The notes under the pieces were generated by a model. It did not search any database and was not told the origin of the DNA. It worked only from the letters and a program-made list of their open reading frames with translations. From a virus (lineage: Duplodnaviria > Heunggongvirae > Uroviricota > Caudoviricetes): DNA of 5,206 bases. The translations under genes and the position numbers were made by a program. Shown in pieces: positions 1 to 5,206 of this stretch (position 1 is its first letter; each line of letters opens with the position of its first letter). The stretch lies in IMG/VR virus record IMGVR_UViG_2690316148_000009; one strand, given 5' to 3'.

Positions 1-112
1 AACAATTAAACGTCCATAAAATGTTATTTACTTTTCTTCGCTATTGTCATATCTTAATATAGTGGCTTACGCCACTCTACTTTCATAACGTATTTAGGTA
101 ATCATTACGAAT

Positions 113-694
113 TTACCCTATAGGTGCTACTGGCCATTCAATATCCGGTGCAGTTGATGTATCAACACGGTTCAGCAACACCCGATACTTTTTCCAGGCT
201 TCCAGCAACAAGGTTTCTTTCTCCGTTGCGATCTCCAGATCCACAGCATCCTGAAGCGGCGCTATATGCTCACTGGCTACCTGCATCAGGCTGTTTTTTG
301 TTTCTTCCGCCTCCCGGATCCGGAACAGTTTTTCTGCTTCCGTATCCTTCACCCAGGCTGTGCCGTTCCACTTCTGAAACTCCCCTTCCGGGGATAACCA
401 GGTGACATTTTCCGGTAATGAGCCGAGTTCAGAAATAAATAACGCGTCGCCGGAAGCCACGTCATAAACCGTTTTACCCCGATGATCTTCAACGAGATGC
501 CACGATGACTCATCACTGTTGAAAACAGCCACGAAACCAGCCGGAATATCTGGCGGTGCAATATCGGTACTGTTTGCAGGCAGACCTGTATGAGGCGGAA
601 TATATGCGTCACCTTCACCAATAAATTCATTAGTTCCGGCCAGCAGGTTATAAATTTTTATGGTCCGTGCTTGTTCACTCATTCTGAATGCCAT
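113..694 (-). CDS. tfa: tail fiber assembly protein (lambda Tfa family chaperone)
   Basis: The 193-aa ORF begins [62 protein letters not shown]..., which I recognise as near-identical over most of its length to phage lambda Tfa (orf-194). Its ATG (694..692) overlaps the stf stop TAA (696..694) as TAATG, and a GTGAGG Shine-Dalgarno-like motif lies about 8 nt upstream. The position immediately downstream of stf is as in lambda. Confidence 0.9.
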   Translation of the reverse strand: MAFRMSEQARTIKIYNLLAGTNEFIGEGDAYIPPHTGLPANSTDIAPPDIPAGFVAVFNSDESSWHLVEDHRGKTVYDVASGDALFISELGSLPENVTWLSPEGEFQKWNGTAWVKDTEAEKLFRIREAEETKNSLMQVASEHIAPLQDAVDLEIATEKETLLLEAWKKYRVLLNRVDTSTAPDIEWPVAPIG

Positions 695-3600
695 TATGCG
701 AGCCTCACAATATAGTTAAATGCGATGTTTTTGACGGTGTTTTCCGCGTTACCAGCAGCGTTAACGGTGATGGTGTGTCCATGTGAACCAATCGCAACAG
801 AGTGCGTATGAGCACCAATACCGACAGTATGCGCGTGTGCACCCGCAGATGCTGCTGTGCCGGACAGTGAGTGTGTATGGTTTCCTTCTGAAGATGATTT
901 ACCTACCCATTGGGAGGTGCCACTGGTTAATGAGCCACTGATACCAACCTGATTAGTCCCGCTAACTTGAGTACTCCCTGCCGGAAACATTCCAGTAGGT
1001 TGACTCCCGCTATTCGTTCTGGGCCCAGTCTGACTATGTTGGTGGGCCCCAGCTGAACTTGTAGAGCCGCTCAGACTGTGCGTATGCGCCCCGGTGTTAT
1101 TCGTGGATTTAGTGCCGTAATCAAACGACGATGTGGTTTTCGTCCCCAAATCCGTACTGGATGCGCTGGCGCTGTGGGTGTGCGATTTAATGCCATCCTG
1201 TTCCTGAGACAATACGGCACGACCACTGGCGGGCTTGCCCTTAATCGTCCAGCCACGCATATCAGGGATCACGCCTGACGGATAAGCGGCTGCAAGTTTC
1301 GGGTAAGCAGATTTGTCAAAAGTCTGCCCCTGCATCAGGGCATAACCAGACGGAACGGTATCTGATGGCCACGGGATTGGTGCACCGACTGGATAAAACT
1401 CTGCAGGAGGATGAGCCGAGGTGTAAAGCTGCGCCCACGGCGACCAGTTTGCGTCGGTCGTATCCCGTCGTGAACGAATAAATGCCGGAGCATGAGCACC
1501 GCTTGTACCACTCCAGCCGATGAGTAACTCACCTTCGCCAACGGCTGTCATCCCTTTCAGGTGAATGATATTTCCATACGCTGTTGGATATCCGTTGTTA
1601 TACACCTCGTATAACTCAAGACCTGCTGCCCCCTGCGTATTGTCTGTCAGCGCGGCTACCCGACCTTTTGAAGCCAGATTAACTGATGATACTGCTGTTC
1701 CACCTGACGGTAGCGCCCCGATCTCTGATGCCGTTGGCTTATTTCTGGAGTTATAGTCCCTTCGCCAGCCAGGTGAATAATCTGTTCCGTGATTAATATA
1801 GGTAAACTGGGCGTTGGTTGTTCCGCCACCGCTGGATGTGGTCGGAGTGGTAATGCGGATCGTCATCGCTGACTTTATCCCCATTACTTCAATGACAGCT
1901 CCGGCGAGATGAATATTACCGCAGCCAGTATCAGTAATGATTTTATTATTGCCATAAGACCAGGAACCCTTGCACATCCAGTATGGATGGTTAAATGCTC
2001 CCTGAGAATCCAGCCACTCGATAAACTGTGCAGTCGTCCAGTTTCCTGTTGTTGTGCTTACTGACCCACCGAAGGCACGGCAGGCACCAATATTTTTCGT
2101 AAAGGTGTCTTTGCCAGGGATATCCGCACCGTTCTGATCTTTCTGCAGACGTTTCTCAGCATTGTCATTGGCTGCTTTTACTGCCTTTGGCGTTGCCGCC
2201 AGCGTTTCAGACGTGCTGTTGGTCGCGCTGCTTAGCTGGATTATCCCTTTCTGTGCTGTCGTTGCATCCTGTGCGGTGTATTTCCCGTTAGCCAGGTCAT
2301 ACGCGGCCTTAACGGCTTTTGGTGTTGCCGCCAGTGACTCGGAAGTGCTGTTAGTCGCACTACTGAGCTGTACTATCCCCTTTTTCGTCGTGCTCGCATC
2401 CTCAAGCGCCACGGCGGATGCAATATCCTCTGCCCGTTTTGCCGCTGTCTCAGCGCGCGTTGCTGCAGATTCCGCCGTACTTTTGCTCTGAGCTGCTGCC
2501 GTCGCACTACCAGCAGCCTCTGTCGCCTTCGTGGATGCCGTCGTGGCGCTGCCCTTCGCTGCTGACGCCTGTCTGGTCGCCTCATCTTTTGAAGCAGACG
2601 CCGATGATGCCGATGACGCCGCCGAACTGGCGGACGATGCGGCAGCCGTTTTTGAGGATTCTGCACGGGTTTCCGACGCTTTCGCGTTCGTTTCGGATGT
2701 CTTCGCTGCGGAAGCTGACCTCGCTGCTGCCGTGGCCTGCTCAGTGGCTTCGCCAGCCTTCGTTGTGGCTGTTGAAGCGGATGATGCGGCGCTTTCTGCC
2801 GATTTTCCGGCGGCGGTGGCACTGGCTGAGGCCTGCCCGGCACTTGTTGACGCGGCACTGGCAGATAATGCAGCCGCTGTTTTTGAACCTGCCGCAGCTG
2901 AGGCGCTCTGTCCCGCTGCTGTTTCAGAAGACTTAGCGTTCGTCTCGGACGTTTTTGCCGCCTTCGCGGAATTTCCTGCCGCCGTTGCCGAGGAAGCTGC
3001 ACTACTGGCACTTGATGATGCATTCGTTTCTGAAGATTTCGCTGCCTCTTTTGAGGCCGCCGCACCCCGTGCCGAGGTGGCAGCTTCTGACGCCTTCGTG
3101 GTCGCTGTGGATGCAGAAGTGGCTGCCGATTTTTGTGATGCTGCGGCATTCGTTTCTGACGTTTTCGCGGCACTGGCGCTGGTAGCTGCCGCGCTTTTTG
3201 ATGACTCTGCAGCAGCACTTTTTGCTGCTTCACGGGCCTTTGTCGATGCCGTTCCTGCGCTGGAAGACGCTGACTGAGCCGACGACGCGGCCTGTCCGGC
3301 TGACGTGCTGGCGGCACGTGCTGAGGCTGCAGCATCGGTTGCATGAGTTGCCGCCTCGCTGGCTGATTTTTTCGCGGCTGCCGTATTCTGTGCAACCGCG
3401 GAGGCGTTACGTGACACCTCTTCCACCATCTGCTCAAAGCGGCGCAGTGCCTCCGGTCGGACATCATCCTCCGTCATGGCACCGAGAAAATCATTCAGCG
3501 TACCTGGTCTGGAACCTTCATAGACGGTAATGGTCCCGGCATGTGAAGGCGGAAAACCTTCAACCAGCAGGGTGACGCTGTACTGACCATGCTCAACATC

Positions 3601-3753
3601 CATGCTGTAACGTCCGGCTTCATCCGGATTTTCAGAGGCCACCGTGTTCACCACCATCGTGCTGCTGGTTCGTCTGGCCTTCAGCACAATGGTGCAGTTC
3701 TGTACTGGTTTTCCTGTGCCATCTTTAAGCACGCCAGAAATTTTTACTGTCAT
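694..3753 (-). CDS. stf: side tail fiber protein (lambda Stf family), intact and mosaic
   Basis: The 1019-aa ORF has an N-terminus [22 protein letters not shown]... and a C-terminus ...[31 protein letters not shown] that match lambda Stf as I recall it. It contains a long Ala/Ser/Thr-rich region with reiterated KTSETNA-type motifs, a duplicated KGI(V/I)[11 protein letters not shown](S/T)[11 protein letters not shown] unit, and C-terminal GAHTHS/GNHTHS/GAHAHT/GSHGHT His-x-His repeats typical of T4 gp37-like fiber tips. A GGTGGA Shine-Dalgarno motif sits 5 nt upstream of the ATG. The gene lies between lom and tfa as in lambda. Confidence 0.9.
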   Translation of the reverse strand: MTVKISGVLKDGTGKPVQNCTIVLKARRTSSTMVVNTVASENPDEAGRYSMDVEHGQYSVTLLVEGFPPSHAGTITVYEGSRPGTLNDFLGAMTEDDVRPEALRRFEQMVEEVSRNASAVAQNTAAAKKSASEAATHATDAAASARAASTSAGQAASSAQSASSSAGTASTKAREAAKSAAAESSKSAAATSASAAKTSETNAAASQKSAATSASTATTKASEAATSARGAAASKEAAKSSETNASSSASSAASSATAAGNSAKAAKTSETNAKSSETAAGQSASAAAGSKTAAALSASAASTSAGQASASATAAGKSAESAASSASTATTKAGEATEQATAAARSASAAKTSETNAKASETRAESSKTAAASSASSAASSASSASASKDEATRQASAAKGSATTASTKATEAAGSATAAAQSKSTAESAATRAETAAKRAEDIASAVALEDASTTKKGIVQLSSATNSTSESLAATPKAVKAAYDLANGKYTAQDATTAQKGIIQLSSATNSTSETLAATPKAVKAANDNAEKRLQKDQNGADIPGKDTFTKNIGACRAFGGSVSTTTGNWTTAQFIEWLDSQGAFNHPYWMCKGSWSYGNNKIITDTGCGNIHLAGAVIEVMGIKSAMTIRITTPTTSSGGGTTNAQFTYINHGTDYSPGWRRDYNSRNKPTASEIGALPSGGTAVSSVNLASKGRVAALTDNTQGAAGLELYEVYNNGYPTAYGNIIHLKGMTAVGEGELLIGWSGTSGAHAPAFIRSRRDTTDANWSPWAQLYTSAHPPAEFYPVGAPIPWPSDTVPSGYALMQGQTFDKSAYPKLAAAYPSGVIPDMRGWTIKGKPASGRAVLSQEQDGIKSHTHSASASSTDLGTKTTSSFDYGTKSTNNTGAHTHSLSGSTSSAGAHQHSQTGPRTNSGSQPTGMFPAGSTQVSGTNQVGISGSLTSGTSQWVGKSSSEGNHTHSLSGTAASAGAHAHTVGIGAHTHSVAIGSHGHTITVNAAGNAENTVKNIAFNYIVRLA
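2164..2382. repeat. tandem direct duplication of a ~132-bp unit inside stf (second copy partial)
   Basis: Plus-strand segments around 2171..2268 and 2303..2400 align with a 132-bp offset at high identity. They encode [29 protein letters not shown]... (Stf aa 458-501) and [29 protein letters not shown]... (aa 502-530). Confidence 0.7.
2419..3408. repeat. GC-rich low-complexity coding repeat region of stf (Ala/Ser/Thr-rich with reiterated KTSETNA-like motifs)
   Basis: Stf aa ~116-445 is dominated by A, S and T with recurring motifs ([55 protein letters not shown]). This degenerate repetition is what produces the long spurious ORFs in the other reading frames on both strands. Confidence 0.65.
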
Positions 3754-3758
3754 ACTTT

Positions 3759-3764
3759 TCCACC
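3759..3764 (-). promoter_or_regulatory. Shine-Dalgarno sequence for stf (GGTGGA)
   Basis: The minus strand reads GGTGGAAAAGTATG; GGTGGA lies 5 nt upstream of the stf ATG. Confidence 0.5.
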
Positions 3765-3800
3765 AATAAAAAAAGCCCGCAGCAGTGACGCCACGGGCTT
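3765..3800 (-). terminator. putative rho-independent terminator downstream of lom, immediately upstream of the stf RBS
   Basis: On the minus strand the sequence is AAGCCCG-(14-nt loop)-CGGGCTT, a 7-bp stem (3800..3794 paired with 3779..3773), followed by TTTTTATT (3772..3765). It lies about 105 nt after the lom stop codon. The 14-nt loop is long, so the actual structure may differ. Confidence 0.5.
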
Positions 3801-3904
3801 CAGGACAGTGTAACTTTACGTTTCCTCAAACGCAGTTCACCCCATAAGGTGGATGAACCTGCGTATCATAACAATATTTACAGAAGATAAATCGGCGTCT
3901 GTTG

Positions 3905-4504
3905 TCAGATACGGTATCCGATACCAACAATAAATGCATCCGTTCGCCAGTCACCACTACCGGAACCTTCATAAGCAAGGTCAATGGTCACGGATTCGGT
4001 CGGGTTAAACTGCACGCCAGCCCCCCACGCCAGAGACGTGTTGCTGTGGCGACCGTCATCACTTCCGGTCAGCACATCGTGCGTTTTCCCCTTGTTGTCA
4101 GTTACGCGGAGATAATCCCCGGAGAAAGTCGACACACGGCTGTAAGCCACACCCACCATCGCATACGCGCTGAACCATTCATTCACGCGTACAGACGGCC
4201 CCGCCATCACGCTGAACCAGCGGTTACGCACGGAATCTTCATGCCAGCGGGTATCGCTGTAGTGCGTTTTTTGCTCATCCTCAGCATTGGCATAACTGAA
4301 GGACGTAATCAGCCCCAGCGCGTCCGTAAACTCATAACGGTATTTCACGTTAATCCCGTTCAGATTATCGCTGCCGGGAGCGTTCGTACGGGCATGAAGA
4401 TACCCCGCGCTCAGTGTGGACTGATGTTCAGACGCCCATGCAGGCGCACCGGATACGGCCAGGCAAATGGCTGCGGACAAAATGGCTGCACAAACTTTAC
4501 GCAT
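3905..4504 (-). CDS. lom: Ail/Lom/OmpX/PagC-family outer membrane beta-barrel protein (phage moron, lysogenic conversion)
   Basis: The 199-aa ORF has a signal-peptide-like N-terminus MRKVCAAILSAAICLAVSGAPAWA followed by motifs shared with lambda Lom as I recall it (GINVKYRYE, SAYAM(V/A)GVA(Y/H)SR, AYEGSGSGDWRTD, GIGY near the C-terminus). A GAGAGG Shine-Dalgarno motif lies 5 nt upstream of the ATG. The position between J and stf is the same as lambda lom. Confidence 0.9.
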   Translation of the reverse strand: MRKVCAAILSAAICLAVSGAPAWASEHQSTLSAGYLHARTNAPGSDNLNGINVKYRYEFTDALGLITSFSYANAEDEQKTHYSDTRWHEDSVRNRWFSVMAGPSVRVNEWFSAYAMVGVAYSRVSTFSGDYLRVTDNKGKTHDVLTGSDDGRHSNTSLAWGAGVQFNPTESVTIDLAYEGSGSGDWRTDAFIVGIGYRI

Positions 4505-4509
4505 AATTA

Positions 4510-4515
4510 CCTCTC
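4510..4515 (-). promoter_or_regulatory. Shine-Dalgarno sequence for lom (GAGAGG)
   Basis: The minus strand reads CGAGAGGTAATTATG; GAGAGG lies 5 nt upstream of the lom ATG. Confidence 0.55.
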
Positions 4516-4525
4516 GCTTTTCTGC

Positions 4526-4552
4526 AATAAAAAAGGCGCCATTTCTGGCGCC
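4526..4552 (-). terminator. putative rho-independent terminator downstream of J and upstream of lom
   Basis: On the minus strand the sequence is GGCGCCA-GAAA-TGGCGCC, a perfect 7-bp GC-rich stem (4552..4546 paired with 4541..4535) with a GNRA-type tetraloop, followed immediately by TTTTTTATT (4534..4526). It begins about 20 nt after the J stop codon. Confidence 0.6.
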
Positions 4553-4571
4553 CGTATATGGGTTATAAAAT

Positions 4572-5206
<635 letters not shown>

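Noticed and set aside
2418-2936. A 172-aa plus-strand ORF ([17 protein letters not shown]...).
   Set aside because: It is antisense to stf within the repeat region, with a Pro/Leu/Trp-rich composition typical of non-coding frames. It is spurious.
2531-3277. A 248-aa plus-strand ORF that is Ala/Asp/Val-rich, antisense to stf.
   Set aside because: It is the antisense reading of the same low-complexity repeat. Long open frames are expected opposite GC-rich repetitive coding DNA, and there is no start context or recognisable fold.
2373-3467. A 364-aa minus-strand ORF that is extremely Arg/Pro/Gln-rich (RRRQRLL..., [10 protein letters not shown]...).
   Set aside because: It lies entirely within stf in an alternate frame of the GC-rich Ala/Ser/Thr repeat region. 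The composition is what GCN/NGC-rich repeats give when frame-shifted; there is no independent RBS or homology. It is a frame artefact.
3835-3858. An imperfect inverted repeat (GTTCACC...GGTGGATGAAC) in the lom-stf intergenic region, considered as a possible operator or stem-loop.
   Set aside because: The pairing needs bulges and is short. It is indistinguishable from chance in a 150-bp intergenic region.

Overview
This window is the 3' end of a lambdoid (phage lambda-like) prophage late/tail operon, with every gene on the minus strand. Reading in the direction of transcription (high to low coordinates) it holds the C-terminal end of the tail-tip host-specificity protein J (4572..5206, running off the window and interrupted by two N-masked runs), the lysogenic-conversion outer-membrane protein gene lom (3905..4504), an intact 1019-aa side tail fiber gene stf (694..3753), and the tail fiber assembly chaperone gene tfa (113..694). 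This matches the canonical lambda order J-lom-stf-tfa. Two hairpin-plus-U-tract structures on the minus strand bracket lom, and the stf body carries a long Ala/Ser/Thr-rich low-complexity region, a tandem 132-bp duplication and a His-x-His box near the tip. I do not see evidence for a new defence or other undescribed system: every sizeable ORF is accounted for by these four genes or is an alternate-frame artefact of the GC-rich stf repeats. The points most worth follow-up are the mosaic central module of Stf, the lom moron, and the hidden sequence in the J receptor-binding region. All family assignments rest on my reading of the translated ORFs against remembered lambda proteins; no database search was run.
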